64,000 nucleotides of DNA from Hyalangium minutum (GTDB lineage Bacteria; Myxococcota; Myxococcia; Myxococcales; Myxococcaceae), in assembly GCF_000737315.1 (NCBI RefSeq), contig NZ_JMCB01000013.1:62001-126000 (forward strand), written 5' to 3'. Shown here in pieces: positions 20,610 through 30,628 of this stretch. The translations under genes and the position numbers were made by a program. Each line of letters begins with the position of its first letter. The first letter of the stretch is position 1. The notes beneath the pieces were generated by a model that did not search any database, was not told the origin of the DNA, and saw only the letters and a list, made by a program, of their open reading frames with translations.

Positions 20610-20636
20610 AAAAAGCTCCCCCTGTAGCGGGGGAGC
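20610..20636 (-). terminator. Rho-independent terminator of the DUF3108/DUF4091 operon
   Basis: Minus strand GCTCCCCC-gctaca-GGGGGAGC-TTTTT. Confidence 0.75.
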
Positions 20637-20675
20637 AGGGGAGCGAGGCCTACAGCAGGCAGCCGAGCGAGGCGG

Positions 20676-21569
20676 CTACCACTTGAGCTCTTCCTTGCCC
20701 TGGGCGCGCTTCTCCTTTTCACCAGGGCGCGAGTAGGCAGTGAGGGTGGCGCGCACGGCGCCCAGGTCGATGGTGCCCACGGCGACCAGGGGCAGGCGGC
20801 GCGCGTCGTCGGAGATCCACACGTGGATCTCGCGCTTCTGGCTGGGCCGATCCAGACGGACTGCGGTGCCGGTGAGGTACCAGGCGTCGAACTGGCCCAC
20901 GGGCAGCGAGACGCGCTCGCGCTTCACCACCGTGCCGTTCAGCCGCCACAGCCGGCGGATGCCATACACGTCGAAGCAGAGGGGCAGGCCCTCCTTCATG
21001 GGCAGCTGGCGCATGAGGTAGATGGCGCCCGCCACGTCCAAGCCGTCCTTGTCATAGGTGTAGTTGAAGTGGCCGGCTCGCTGGCCCATGACGAAGTCCA
21101 CCTTCACGGAGCGATCCTTGGCGCCGAAGGCCACGTCCACCTTGCGGCGGACCTCGTTCTCGGTGGCGTCCTCGGTGTAGCGCGAGGGCCGCAGCGTCTT
21201 CGGGTGGAGGTAGCTGGTCCCCACGCCCTGCACCCGGCGCACCTTGGAGAAGAAGGTGTTGGTCTGCGCCTCGATGGACACCGGCAGGGTGCCCTTCTCG
21301 GGGCGCTGGACGCGCATGGTCATCTTTCCGGCCTGGGCACCCAGCGCGTCCAGATCGAACTCGAGCTGCTCGCCAGGCATGAAGGCGATGGGCGTGTACA
21401 GCGCGGGCAGCGCGGCAGGGCACGCGGGCACGGGGGCGGCGGGCTCCGCCGGCGGAGCGGTGTCCTGGCCTACGGGCACCTCCTGGCCCTGAGGCTCGGG
21501 GCCGTCGGGCACCTGAGCGAAGGCGGCGGATGCGGCGAGGGCGAGGCAAGCCACGAGAACGTTGCGCAT
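20676..21569 (-). CDS. DUF3108-family exported protein
   Basis: Signal peptide MRNVLVACLALAASAAFA; F.PGEQLEFD, LDVAGAIYLMR, IHVWISDDARRLPL family pattern. Confidence 0.75.
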   Translation of the reverse strand: MRNVLVACLALAASAAFAQVPDGPEPQGQEVPVGQDTAPPAEPAAPVPACPAALPALYTPIAFMPGEQLEFDLDALGAQAGKMTMRVQRPEKGTLPVSIEAQTNTFFSKVRRVQGVGTSYLHPKTLRPSRYTEDATENEVRRKVDVAFGAKDRSVKVDFVMGQRAGHFNYTYDKDGLDVAGAIYLMRQLPMKEGLPLCFDVYGIRRLWRLNGTVVKRERVSLPVGQFDAWYLTGTAVRLDRPSQKREIHVWISDDARRLPLVAVGTIDLGAVRATLTAYSRPGEKEKRAQGKEELKW

Positions 21570-21613
21570 GGAGGTCATCCGTCTTTGGGAGATGGGCGGA
21601 GCAGCGGGTGGTT

Positions 21614-23281
21614 TCAACGTCGGACGCCAGGACGCTTCGCATATTCGGAGGCGTCCCAGCGCTTGCGCAGTTGGGCTGTCAGGTTGTGTCGGACCTGCTC
21701 CCATGTTGCGACATTCTGTTCAATTTCATAGCCCGAGCGGGCGAGCCGCCGAGCGAAGGCCCGAGCGGGCTCCGCGTCCCCAAGCCGGGCGAGCAGGTGC
21801 AGGTACTCATAGTCTTCGAGCCCATCGCGGATGTGCTTGAGGCGCAAGGACACCACGGGTTGTGGCTCCTTTGTCCCGAGGCGCTCCGGCGTGCCGGGAT
21901 AGAAGAGGGTGCCGTCGCCGTTGCCGCCGAACTCGAAGACGCCCTGCCATGGATCCTGCGTGTTGTAGGCGTAGACGGTGTCGAAATAGAGCTCGCCGTC
22001 CACACCGGTGAGGAAGGCCAGCGGCCCCATGCTGCGGTTGAGCGGGGCAGGGTGGTCCACCATATAGGAGGCCCAGCCGGTATAGGCGCGCTCCACCGCC
22101 GGATCCTCGGCGGGGCCGCCGGTGCAGCCATGGGAGTTGCAGCTCTGGTACCACCACACCCGCGTCCCGGAGCGCAGCTTCGAGCGCAGCTTGGAGAGGG
22201 GCACCACGTTCGGGCACGTCTCCAGCTCCCAGCGAGGGAAGAAGCAGTTGAGCGTGGGCGCGAGGATGTCCGCGCTGCTCTGAATGCCATCATGCAGCGC
22301 CGAAGTGACGAGCACCGGGATGTCCTTGCCTGCAGCCTTCACCCGAGAGGCCTGCGTGCGCACCAAGGCCATCTCCTCCGGCTTCGGCTCGTCTTTGGCG
22401 TAGAAGAAGAGCTGCGCGGACCAGCCCTTGCTGCGGAAATGCTCGGCGAAGGCGCGGTAGTACGCCACCTTCTCCTGCTCGGTCTTGCACTGCGAAGAGT
22501 CGCGCACGTCGGCGGTGGTGAAGCGGGCCCCCGAGGGCAGCGCGGTTCCTTCGAAGAACGGCGCCATCTCCTCGTCATACGCGCTGAAGTCCACCACCGC
22601 GCGGCCGTCCTCGAAGCGCACCGGCGGCGCGTTCATGCTCATGCCGTACGCGCTCAGGCGGTGCTGCAGCAGGGCCTTCCCGTAGGCGCGCAGCAGCGTC
22701 ATCGCCTCGGGAGACTCCGGAGCGAGCTTGTGCCCCCGGGCGATGCTGTAGAGCGAGATGCCAAAGCTCGTGGGCAGCGAGGACGTGGCGGGCAGCGCGA
22801 AGGGCTGGACCTCCACCGTGAAGGGCACTGGCGCCACCGCGCCATCGTCCGCCTTCACGCTCAGCTCACCCCGGTAGGTGCCCGGCTTCTGCTCCGTGGG
22901 CGCGCACACCTCCACGTAGAGCACAGCGGGCAGCTTGGGGTCTCCGGGCACGTTCACGGGCAGCAGTGGATCCGGCCAGAACCCCTTCGCTCCCATGCTG
23001 TTGGAGGGCGTCTTCACCTCGATGAAGCCCTCGCGCCACAGCGAGGCGGAGAGCGCGGAGCCCGGCCCCTTGAGCGTGAGCGGCTTCGCCGTCACCTGGC
23101 GGACGTTGCCGGGGAGGACCACCTGCGTGCCCTCGCACTCGCCTCGGGCCAGGCTCAGCTGGGCCTCGGTGGAGCCCTTGAGCGTGACGCCCGGCCGCAC
23201 CTTCACCAGCGGAGACACCACCTTCGGCCCCGGAGATGCCGCCAGGGCCGCCATCACCACCCACGCCCATCCCGCTCCCAT
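21614..23281 (-). CDS. DUF4091 / GH123-like exported glycoside hydrolase candidate
   Basis: LSLARGECEGTQV, FFYAKDEP (DE pair), WWYQSC, GNGDGTLFYPG, SLRLKHIRDGLEDYEYL (DUF4091 C-terminal motif). Confidence 0.75.
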   Translation of the reverse strand: MGAGWAWVVMAALAASPGPKVVSPLVKVRPGVTLKGSTEAQLSLARGECEGTQVVLPGNVRQVTAKPLTLKGPGSALSASLWREGFIEVKTPSNSMGAKGFWPDPLLPVNVPGDPKLPAVLYVEVCAPTEQKPGTYRGELSVKADDGAVAPVPFTVEVQPFALPATSSLPTSFGISLYSIARGHKLAPESPEAMTLLRAYGKALLQHRLSAYGMSMNAPPVRFEDGRAVVDFSAYDEEMAPFFEGTALPSGARFTTADVRDSSQCKTEQEKVAYYRAFAEHFRSKGWSAQLFFYAKDEPKPEEMALVRTQASRVKAAGKDIPVLVTSALHDGIQSSADILAPTLNCFFPRWELETCPNVVPLSKLRSKLRSGTRVWWYQSCNSHGCTGGPAEDPAVERAYTGWASYMVDHPAPLNRSMGPLAFLTGVDGELYFDTVYAYNTQDPWQGVFEFGGNGDGTLFYPGTPERLGTKEPQPVVSLRLKHIRDGLEDYEYLHLLARLGDAEPARAFARRLARSGYEIEQNVATWEQVRHNLTAQLRKRWDASEYAKRPGVRR

Positions 23282-23311
23282 ATCTCCACCTTCCGCGGCC
23301 AGGCCGCCCGT

Positions 23312-24094
23312 CTAGTCGTTCATCGCCATCATGCGGCCCTGCTTGTACTCGGCGAGGTCCGCCACAATGGTTCCCAGCACGAAGTCCGCCTCGATGCGCA
23401 CGGGCAGGTGGCTGCGGTCCGTCGTCAGGTAGGCCACGATGTCGCGTTTGGCCTGCAGTCCACCGGCGAACTCCGTCTGGAGCTTCAGGCGGAAGACCTC
23501 CCGCTCGCCCAGCGCCGTCTTCAGCATCTGCCGGCCTTCCACCTTGGCCTTCAGCATGAAGTGCTTCGAGCCCGTGAACACCGGATAGATGTACTCCTGG
23601 CCGTCCTGGATACCCCGGCTGCGCAGTGCGAACGTCGCGCCTGCGAGATCCATGGCACCCTCGGGCAGCTCGTGGGTGGCCTCCACGGGGGCGGCGCCCT
23701 CCTTCTGCCGGACGACGTGCGCGGTGCGCGTGTCCTTCATCTGGATGCGCTGGCGGCGGCGCTTGTTGTTCTCGTCCACGAAGAAGTCACTGCCCACCGA
23801 GCGCTGCCCCTCCTCGTGCCAGTACGAGACGAACTTATCCTTGATGGGCCACACGCCGACGACCGGGTCCGTCTTGGCCAGCGACACGATGGGCCACACC
23901 TGTTGGCCCCACTGCTTCATGGGCGCACCCACGGTGATCTGCGCCGTGCCCGCCGTCACCCCCAGGTACTGCACGCGATAGAGCGCCTGCTCTCCGGGCG
24001 CGAACGCCGGAGTCTCTGCCTGCGCCAGGGCGACACTGGAAAACATCATCCCGGACAGCAGGCCCATGAAGGCACCCTTGAACCGCGTCTGCAT
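23312..24094 (-). CDS. DUF3108-family exported protein
   Basis: Signal peptide; FAPGEQALYRVQYLGVTAGTA, MDLAGATFALR, YLTTDRSHLPVRIEADFVLG; start MQTRFKG at 24094. Confidence 0.75.
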   Translation of the reverse strand: MQTRFKGAFMGLLSGMMFSSVALAQAETPAFAPGEQALYRVQYLGVTAGTAQITVGAPMKQWGQQVWPIVSLAKTDPVVGVWPIKDKFVSYWHEEGQRSVGSDFFVDENNKRRRQRIQMKDTRTAHVVRQKEGAAPVEATHELPEGAMDLAGATFALRSRGIQDGQEYIYPVFTGSKHFMLKAKVEGRQMLKTALGEREVFRLKLQTEFAGGLQAKRDIVAYLTTDRSHLPVRIEADFVLGTIVADLAEYKQGRMMAMND

Positions 24095-24356
24095 ATTGGA
24101 CTCCCAAGGTAGGTAGCCGGACTTCCTGCCGCCAAGGTGCCCCATCCAATCCCTTCCCACTGGCGTGCAATTCCCTGGACGCGCGCACCCCCCCACCATT
24201 CAAAGGCGAGCACTCCCTGGGTAGGCAAGAGTCGCACAGACGCGCCAAGAGTGCCTACCCCCCCATCTACCGAGCGTGGAGCCAAGGGCGCGGCACTGCT
24301 AGCGTGGGCCTCACGGGATGCGGTGCGCCGCAACCCCGCAGAGGAGAGTGGACTCC

Positions 24357-24572
24357 ATGCAGGACTACGGCAGCTTCGACGACGACGACGACAAGAAGGG
24401 CAAGGGCAAGTCGGGCAAGGCCATCAAGGACTGGGACTGTCCCACGTGCGAGGCCAACAACCCGACGGATGAGCCCATCAGCAACAGCTCGGAACTGCGC
24501 TGCAACTACTGCGGCAACGAGTTCACGGTGTCTTTCAGCGACACCGGCAAGATGAAGTTCAAGGAAATATAG
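24357..24572 (+). CDS. Small zinc-ribbon protein (71 aa)
   Basis: Two CxxC pairs CPTC and CNYC; strong RBS gaggag before ATG 24357. Confidence 0.7.
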   Translation: MQDYGSFDDDDDKKGKGKSGKAIKDWDCPTCEANNPTDEPISNSSELRCNYCGNEFTVSFSDTGKMKFKEI

Positions 24573-24584
24573 AGCGCTCGGCGC

Positions 24585-25250
24585 TTACGACCGCTCGCCA
24601 AAGATGGCGGTGCCCACGCGCACCAGCGTGGCACCCTCTTCGATGGCGAGCTCGAAGTCGTGCGTCGTCCCCATGGACAGGCCCGCGAGCCCGTGCGCGC
24701 GGGCCAGCTCGCGCAGTTGCCGGAAGTAGCCGCGCGCCTGCTCCAGGTTCTCCGTGGGCGGAGGGAGCGCCATCAGCCCCTCCATTCGCAGGCCGGGCAG
24801 GGCACGCACCGCCTCCAGGAACGGCCCCAGCGCCTCGGGCTGCAGCCCGCTCTTGGTCTGCTCGCCGCCCACGTTCACCTCGGCATAGCAGGCCAAGGGA
24901 GCGTCGGCCCGGCGCTTGGAGAGCTCCTGCGCCACCTCCAGCCTGTCCAGCGCGTGGAAGGCGTGGGCCACCTTGGTCACGTACTTCACCTTGTTCGTCT
25001 GCAGCGGCCCGATGGAGTGCCAGCGCAGGCCCTCCAGGCCCGCCAGCTCTGCGGCCTTGTCCCGCAGCTCCTGCGCGTAGTTCTCCCCGAAGTCGCGCTG
25101 GCCCGCCTCGTACGCCTCGCGGATCAGCGCCGCGGGCTTGAGCTTGGACACCGCCACCAGCGTCACCGACTCCACCGGGCGCCCCGCGCGTGCGCACGCC
25201 GCGGCCACCCGGGTACGAATCTGAGACAGCCGCTCCGCCACTTCGCTCAT
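24585..25250 (-). CDS. yggS: PLP homeostasis protein YggS
   Basis: [63 protein letters not shown]. Confidence 0.95.
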   Translation of the reverse strand: MSEVAERLSQIRTRVAAACARAGRPVESVTLVAVSKLKPAALIREAYEAGQRDFGENYAQELRDKAAELAGLEGLRWHSIGPLQTNKVKYVTKVAHAFHALDRLEVAQELSKRRADAPLACYAEVNVGGEQTKSGLQPEALGPFLEAVRALPGLRMEGLMALPPPTENLEQARGYFRQLRELARAHGLAGLSMGTTHDFELAIEEGATLVRVGTAIFGERS

Positions 25251-25843
25251 GGACCCCTCCAGGGCGTGGGAACGCCCGCGCGCATCAGGAGCTCGAGAGT
25301 TTCCCCCAGCGGTAGGCCGATGACGTTGGTCGGGCTGCCCTCGATGCCGGAGACGAGGAAGCTGCCCTTTCCCTGCATTCCGTAGGCCCCTGCCTTGTCC
25401 AGGGGCTCGCCGGTGTTCGCGTACCAGTCGATCTCCCCGGCGGACAGTGTCCGGAACGTGACGCCGGTGCGCACCACCATCGACTCCTGGGCTCTGCCGG
25501 CCAGTGCTACACCCGTGTAGACGGCGTGGGTGCGGCCAGAGAGTTGGGTGAGCATCTCCCGGGCCTCGGTGGGGCTGGAGGGCTTTCCGAGCAGCTCGGT
25601 GCCCAGGGCCACGGTGGTGTCGGCCGCCAGCACCCAGGTACCTGGGAAGCGCTCGGCCACGGTTCGGGCCTTCTCCCGGGCCAGTCGGAGCACGTAGACG
25701 TCGGCGGCCTCTCCCGGAAGGGGGGTCTCGTCGATGTCCGCGGCTGCGATTGTGAAGCGCAGCCCCAACTGGGAGAGCAGATCCCGCCGCCGGGGCGAGG
25801 CGGAAGCAAGGACGAGGGACGTAGATTCCTCTAGAGTGGGCAT
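25247..25843 (-). CDS. maf: Maf nucleoside-triphosphate pyrophosphatase
   Basis: [41 protein letters not shown]; 4-nt overlap with yggS. Confidence 0.95.
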   Translation of the reverse strand: MPTLEESTSLVLASASPRRRDLLSQLGLRFTIAAADIDETPLPGEAADVYVLRLAREKARTVAERFPGTWVLAADTTVALGTELLGKPSSPTEAREMLTQLSGRTHAVYTGVALAGRAQESMVVRTGVTFRTLSAGEIDWYANTGEPLDKAGAYGMQGKGSFLVSGIEGSPTNVIGLPLGETLELLMRAGVPTPWRGP

Positions 25844-25894
25844 GGTGGAAGGCCTGAAGCCCTTAGCAGAACTGCGCCTCGGAGTGGACTCCCG

Positions 25895-26977
25895 ATGAAC
25901 CCCGCGGATCTCCTGTCAGCCATGAAGCGGACGGTGGAGCAGCTGGCCGCGTTCAACGAGATCGCCAAGGCGCTCACCTCCACGCTCGAGCTGAAGGAGG
26001 TGCTCAACCTCGTGATGCAGAAGGTGAGTGACCTGCTCCAGCCGCGCAACTGGTCGCTCATCCTCCTGGACGAGAACACCGGCAAGCTCTCCTTCGAGGT
26101 GGCCGTCGGCGAGGGAGCCGAGGCCCTCAAGAATCTCCAGATCCTCCCGGGCGAGGGCATCGCCGGCACGGTGTACTCCACGGGCCGGGCGCGCCTGGTG
26201 GATGACGTGGGCGGCGATCCCGCCTTTGCCCCGCGCTTCGATCAGGCCTCCGCCTTCCGCACGCGCTCCATCCTGGCCGTGCCCCTCATCGCCCGCGGGC
26301 GGGTGCTCGGCGTCATCGAGCTGGTGAACGGCCCGAGGGATCCGCCGTTCTCCCAGGACGACCTGACCACGCTCACGGCCATCGCGGACTACGCGGCCAT
26401 TGCCATCGAGAACGCGCGCAACTTCCGCCGGGTGCAGGAGCTGACGATCACCGACGAGCACACCGGCTGCTACAACGCGCGGCACCTGCGCGCGCAGCTG
26501 GATCACGAGGTGCGGCGCTCGCAGCGCTTCCACCACCCGCTGTCGTTGGTGTTCCTGGATCTGGATCACTTCAAGGCCGTCAACGACACCCACGGGCACC
26601 TGGTGGGCAGCGCGCTGCTGAAGGAGGTGGGGGAGTTGCTGATCGCCTCCACGCGCCAGCTGGATCTGGTGTTCCGCTACGGCGGCGACGAGTTCGCGCT
26701 TCTGTTGGTGGAGACGGCTCCCGAGGGCGCGATGACCATCGCCACGCGCATCCGCGATGCGTTCCGCGCCCGTCGCTTCATGCAGTCCCATGGACTGGAG
26801 ATCCGGCTGACGGCGAGCCTGGGGGTGGCCACGTTCCCGGACCATGCGCGCTCCGCCACGGATTTGGTCCGAGCGGCCGACTTCGCCATGTACGCCGCCA
26901 AGGCCCAGGGCCGGAACGAGGTGTGCCTCGCCGAGCGCCTGTCCTCGGATCCCAGCGTGACACCGCCCACACGCTGA
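25895..26977 (+). CDS. GAF-GGDEF diguanylate cyclase
   Basis: GAF ([23 protein letters not shown]), [18 protein letters not shown]-site RQLD, intact RYGGDEF. Confidence 0.92.
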   Translation: MNPADLLSAMKRTVEQLAAFNEIAKALTSTLELKEVLNLVMQKVSDLLQPRNWSLILLDENTGKLSFEVAVGEGAEALKNLQILPGEGIAGTVYSTGRARLVDDVGGDPAFAPRFDQASAFRTRSILAVPLIARGRVLGVIELVNGPRDPPFSQDDLTTLTAIADYAAIAIENARNFRRVQELTITDEHTGCYNARHLRAQLDHEVRRSQRFHHPLSLVFLDLDHFKAVNDTHGHLVGSALLKEVGELLIASTRQLDLVFRYGGDEFALLLVETAPEGAMTIATRIRDAFRARRFMQSHGLEIRLTASLGVATFPDHARSATDLVRAADFAMYAAKAQGRNEVCLAERLSSDPSVTPPTR

Positions 26978-27088
26978 GTGTGGAAATCCCTAAGGCTGTC
27001 CTCTGAAGAACAGAAGCGTCAGCGCGCACCGATACTCTTTCGGGCAGGCTGGGGATTCCCCCTTGTCCGGCACCGAATGCGCGCATCC

Positions 27089-28744
27089 ATGGAACTCAAC
27101 TACGACGTCAAGAAGATCGAGATCAAACGACGGATCGCCGAGTGGGCTCGGCGGCCAGACTCTGACTTCACGCGCTTTCAGATCACGCGTCAGCAGGCGA
27201 TTGATCTCACCTGGGAGACCAGTGGAAGGCTCGTGTTCCCGTGGGATCCGGAATACGACCCGCTGCGCGCGGTAGCATACGTGAACTTCGAGAACGTTCG
27301 CCCGGCGGCCATCGGCGTCTGCGAGACGATGCACGACGTGCGGGCCTTCATGCGCTTCATCCGCGCACAGCGTGAGGTGAATCCGTCCTTCCGCTGGGTG
27401 CCTCGCTCTGGCGGGCACAGCACGGCGGGCTACTGCACCGTCGAGGGCGGGCTCATGCTGGACGTGCGCGGCCTGAATGACGTCTTCGTCCAGCCGCAGC
27501 GCAAGCTCGTGCACGTCGGCCCGGGCGTGCAGATGCGGGACTTCTACCGCGCCACGTATCCGTATGGCCTGTTCGCTCCGGCCGCCATCTGCCCGGATGT
27601 CCGCGTCGGCGGCATGATGCAGGGCGGTGGGTTCGGCTTCGCCTCGCGCATGTTCGGGATGAACTGCGACGCGGTGAGCGAGGTAGAGCTGGTGCTGGCC
27701 GATGGCCGCCCGGTGATTGCCAACGAGCTGAACAACCGCGATCTCTTCTGGGCGGTGCGCGGCGGCACGGGCAACCAGTTCGGCATCCTGACGCGGGTGA
27801 GCTACCGGCTCTCGCAGCTCTCCGAGGTGGGCGCCGTCCTGCTGCAGTTCAACCTGGGCACGGACGCGGAGGCGGCCCAGGGCGCCGCGGCGCTGGATCT
27901 GCTGCAGCGCAAGTTCATGGGCTCCAACCACGACCGCCGCCTGGGCTACCTGTGCGTCATCCAGCACGGTCCCAACTGGGCGGGCCCTTACCTGCTCGTG
28001 CGCGTGATGTACCGCGGCGACACGAGCGTGTGGCGCCAGATGCTGGGCGAGCTCATCGCCATGCCCGGCTGCCAGATTCAATGGGAGGCCCGGGGCTCGT
28101 ACTACTCCATGAACAACAAGCTCATGGGCTACGCGCAGGAGCCGGACACGCTGGGCGATGAGCTCACCACGCTCGCGACGGTGCCTCCGCAGGAGAAGCA
28201 GACGCGCTACTACGAGCGGCCGCTGGGCGTAGCGGCGTGGCGCCAGATGGTGGACCACATCCGCAGCGCGGCGACGACGCTCGCGTTTGCTCCGCAGATG
28301 GTCATCGAGCCCGCGGGCGGCGCCATCAACGAGCGCAGCCGCGGCTTCAACGCGTACATCCACCGGCGCGCCGACTTCAACACGTACCTCAATACCTACT
28401 GGGACACGCCGGCGGAGAAGTCCAAGGCGTTTACCTTCATGGACCGGTGGCTGGAGATTGGCCGCCCGTTCAGCAACGGCGAGGCGTACCAGAACTACCC
28501 GAAGCCCTATTACACGAACTGGGCGCGGCGGTACTGGGCCGAGTACTACCCGGTGCTCTGCCTCATCAAGCGCAAGTACGACCCGACCAACGTCTTCAGC
28601 TTCGAGCAGAGCATCGGCGCGGATGGCCAGCTCGCCAGCAGCTCCATCGGCGATATCTCCGAGCTCGTCCCGGACATCGCCCGCGCCCTGCGCAAGCCCG
28701 TCGTCCTCCCGGAAGAGATGGAGGAGGAGGACAGCGTGGCCTGA
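27089..28744 (+). CDS. FAD-linked oxidase, berberine-bridge-enzyme/VAO family
   Basis: RSGGHS (covalent His), ICPDVRVGGMMQGGGFG (second covalent Cys site), DLFWAVRGG, AYQNYP, KRKYDPTNVF. Confidence 0.92.
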   Translation: MELNYDVKKIEIKRRIAEWARRPDSDFTRFQITRQQAIDLTWETSGRLVFPWDPEYDPLRAVAYVNFENVRPAAIGVCETMHDVRAFMRFIRAQREVNPSFRWVPRSGGHSTAGYCTVEGGLMLDVRGLNDVFVQPQRKLVHVGPGVQMRDFYRATYPYGLFAPAAICPDVRVGGMMQGGGFGFASRMFGMNCDAVSEVELVLADGRPVIANELNNRDLFWAVRGGTGNQFGILTRVSYRLSQLSEVGAVLLQFNLGTDAEAAQGAAALDLLQRKFMGSNHDRRLGYLCVIQHGPNWAGPYLLVRVMYRGDTSVWRQMLGELIAMPGCQIQWEARGSYYSMNNKLMGYAQEPDTLGDELTTLATVPPQEKQTRYYERPLGVAAWRQMVDHIRSAATTLAFAPQMVIEPAGGAINERSRGFNAYIHRRADFNTYLNTYWDTPAEKSKAFTFMDRWLEIGRPFSNGEAYQNYPKPYYTNWARRYWAEYYPVLCLIKRKYDPTNVFSFEQSIGADGQLASSSIGDISELVPDIARALRKPVVLPEEMEEEDSVA

Positions 28745-28771
28745 GGCCGCTCGAGGCCTGTTGCTTCGGAC

Positions 28772-28813
28772 AATAAAAAAGCCCGGTGGCGGCAGGGCCG
28801 CACCACCGGGCTT
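28772..28813 (-). terminator. Rho-independent terminator (ppiD-like gene; possibly bidirectional)
   Basis: AAGCCCGGTGG...CCACCGGGCTT stem with plus-strand AATAAAAAA giving a U-tract on the minus strand. Confidence 0.75.
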
Positions 28814-28833
28814 CCCGCGCGAGCGGGGAGGAA

Positions 28834-30405
28834 TCAGCTGGCGCCGATCGCGCTCTCGATGGCCTCGGTGTTGGTCACCACCGTGCCCTTCTTGCGCAGC
28901 GCCTTGATGAAGGAGTCCTCCACCTCGATCTGCTTGGCGCGGCGAGCCTGCTCCCGCAGCTCCTCCTTCTTGGCCTGGAAGTCCGCGTCATTGGCCTTCT
29001 TGCGCTCGGTGACCTGGGCGATCACGAAGCCCTCGCCGGCGGGGTAGGCCTGGTCCAGCACCTGCGGCCCCTGCGCGGTGAACGTCGCCGTCAGCAGCGC
29101 GGGCGCGGGCCCCAGGAAGGGAACCGACTCGGCGCCCGCGGTGATGGTGCCCGTCTCCACCGCCTCCGGGCGTGCCTCCGTCTCGAAGCGCTGGAGCGCC
29201 GGCTGGCCTTCCTTCTCCGGTGGGAACAGCGCCGGGATCGTCTTGCCGCCCTTCACCGCGGCCAGCGCCTTCTCGGCCTCGGCCTTGGCCAGGTCCTTGG
29301 CCGCCTGCTGCTTGTAGAGCGTGGTGGCGATCTCGTTCTCCATGTCCGGCAGCTTCTTGTCCGAGGCGGCCTGCTTCTCCTCTACCTTCACCACGTGGTA
29401 GCCCAGCGTCGTCTCAATGGGCTCGGACACGCTGCCCGGGGCCAGGGCGAACATGGCGTCCGCCAGCGCCGGCTCCAGGCTGCCGCGCTCCACCCAGCCG
29501 AGGTCTCCACCCGTCGCCTTGGTGCCCGGGTCCTCGCTGCGCTCCTTGGCCACCGCGACGAAGTCCTTCTCGCCCGTGGTGACGTCCTGGCGGAGCGCGT
29601 TCGCGCGATCCTTCGCAGCCGCCTTCTGCTCGGCGGTGGCGCCCGGGGGCAGCTTCACCAGGATCTGCCGCACCTTCACGCGCTCGGGCTGCTTGTACAT
29701 GAAGCTGTTGTTCTCGTAGTACTCGGAGATCTCCTTCTGGTGCGCCTTCTTGAACTCGTCCACCTGCGCGGGCGTGGGGGCGGGCACCTTGTCGGCGTAC
29801 ATGGTGGGCAGGAAGCGCGCGAACACGAGCTTGGCCTGGTTGGCCTCCTTGTCGTAGCGCACGCGCACCTCGTCATCCGAGACGACGGCGCCATTGCGCA
29901 CCACCTCGAGCATCTTCTGGGCAGCGAGCTGGCGGCGCAGGTCGTCCTCGTACTGCGTCTCCGTCAGCCGGTAGTAGTCGCGCAGCGCGCGGCGGTACTG
30001 GTCGAAGTCGAACACGCCGTCCTTCTGGAAGTCCGTGTTGCGGTGGATGAGCTCCACCAGCTCGGCGTCCGCGGGGACGATGCCGTAGCGCTCGGCCGCC
30101 TGCGCCACCAGCTCCACGTCCACCAGGTTCTGCACCACCTGGGGGGCCACGTACTGGCGCGCCACGGACTCGGGGATGGGGGTGCCGCGGTTGCGCAGGT
30201 TGTTGATCTGGACGTTGTAGGAGCGCAGGAAGTCCCGCAGTGGGATCTCCTTGCCGTTGACGTTCGCCACGGTGTTGACGCTCGTCACCTGCGGGCCGCT
30301 GGACTTGCTGAAGCTGCCCGGCCCGAAGTTCAGGGTGAACACCACGGCGATGCCGATGATGAACACCAGCGAGACGATCTTCCGGAGGTTCAGTCCTTCT
30401 TCCAT
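28834..30405 (-). CDS. ppiD: SurA N-terminal domain + parvulin peptidyl-prolyl isomerase (PpiD-like)
   Basis: N-terminal TM anchor, VANVNGKEI, FQKDGVFDFDQY, VKVRQILVK, SEDPGTKATGGDLGW, GYHVVKV; start MEEGLNL at 30405. Confidence 0.8.
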   Translation of the reverse strand: MEEGLNLRKIVSLVFIIGIAVVFTLNFGPGSFSKSSGPQVTSVNTVANVNGKEIPLRDFLRSYNVQINNLRNRGTPIPESVARQYVAPQVVQNLVDVELVAQAAERYGIVPADAELVELIHRNTDFQKDGVFDFDQYRRALRDYYRLTETQYEDDLRRQLAAQKMLEVVRNGAVVSDDEVRVRYDKEANQAKLVFARFLPTMYADKVPAPTPAQVDEFKKAHQKEISEYYENNSFMYKQPERVKVRQILVKLPPGATAEQKAAAKDRANALRQDVTTGEKDFVAVAKERSEDPGTKATGGDLGWVERGSLEPALADAMFALAPGSVSEPIETTLGYHVVKVEEKQAASDKKLPDMENEIATTLYKQQAAKDLAKAEAEKALAAVKGGKTIPALFPPEKEGQPALQRFETEARPEAVETGTITAGAESVPFLGPAPALLTATFTAQGPQVLDQAYPAGEGFVIAQVTERKKANDADFQAKKEELREQARRAKQIEVEDSFIKALRKKGTVVTNTEAIESAIGAS

Positions 30406-30628
30406 GATGCTGTCGTTTCTTCCCGCGCGGCGCCGCCAAATCCCTTGTGGAAGGACTCGCGACGCAGGTTTGTTGGATGCCCGGCCGGTGAGTGAACGGT
30501 TCGCCTTCACCCCCCATGACAGGCCTTGACTGCCTAGGATAAGCCCTCTGAAAATGCAAGCGATTTACAGTGTTTAGCCGCTCCTCTCCCTTCCGGCCTC
30601 TCTTTCCCTACACGGGTACTTTCCCCCA

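Noticed and set aside
24357-24572. Small ORF as potential RiPP precursor for the radical SAM enzyme
   Set aside because: It lies ~29 kb away, has a zinc-ribbon CxxC pattern and no recognisable leader motif.
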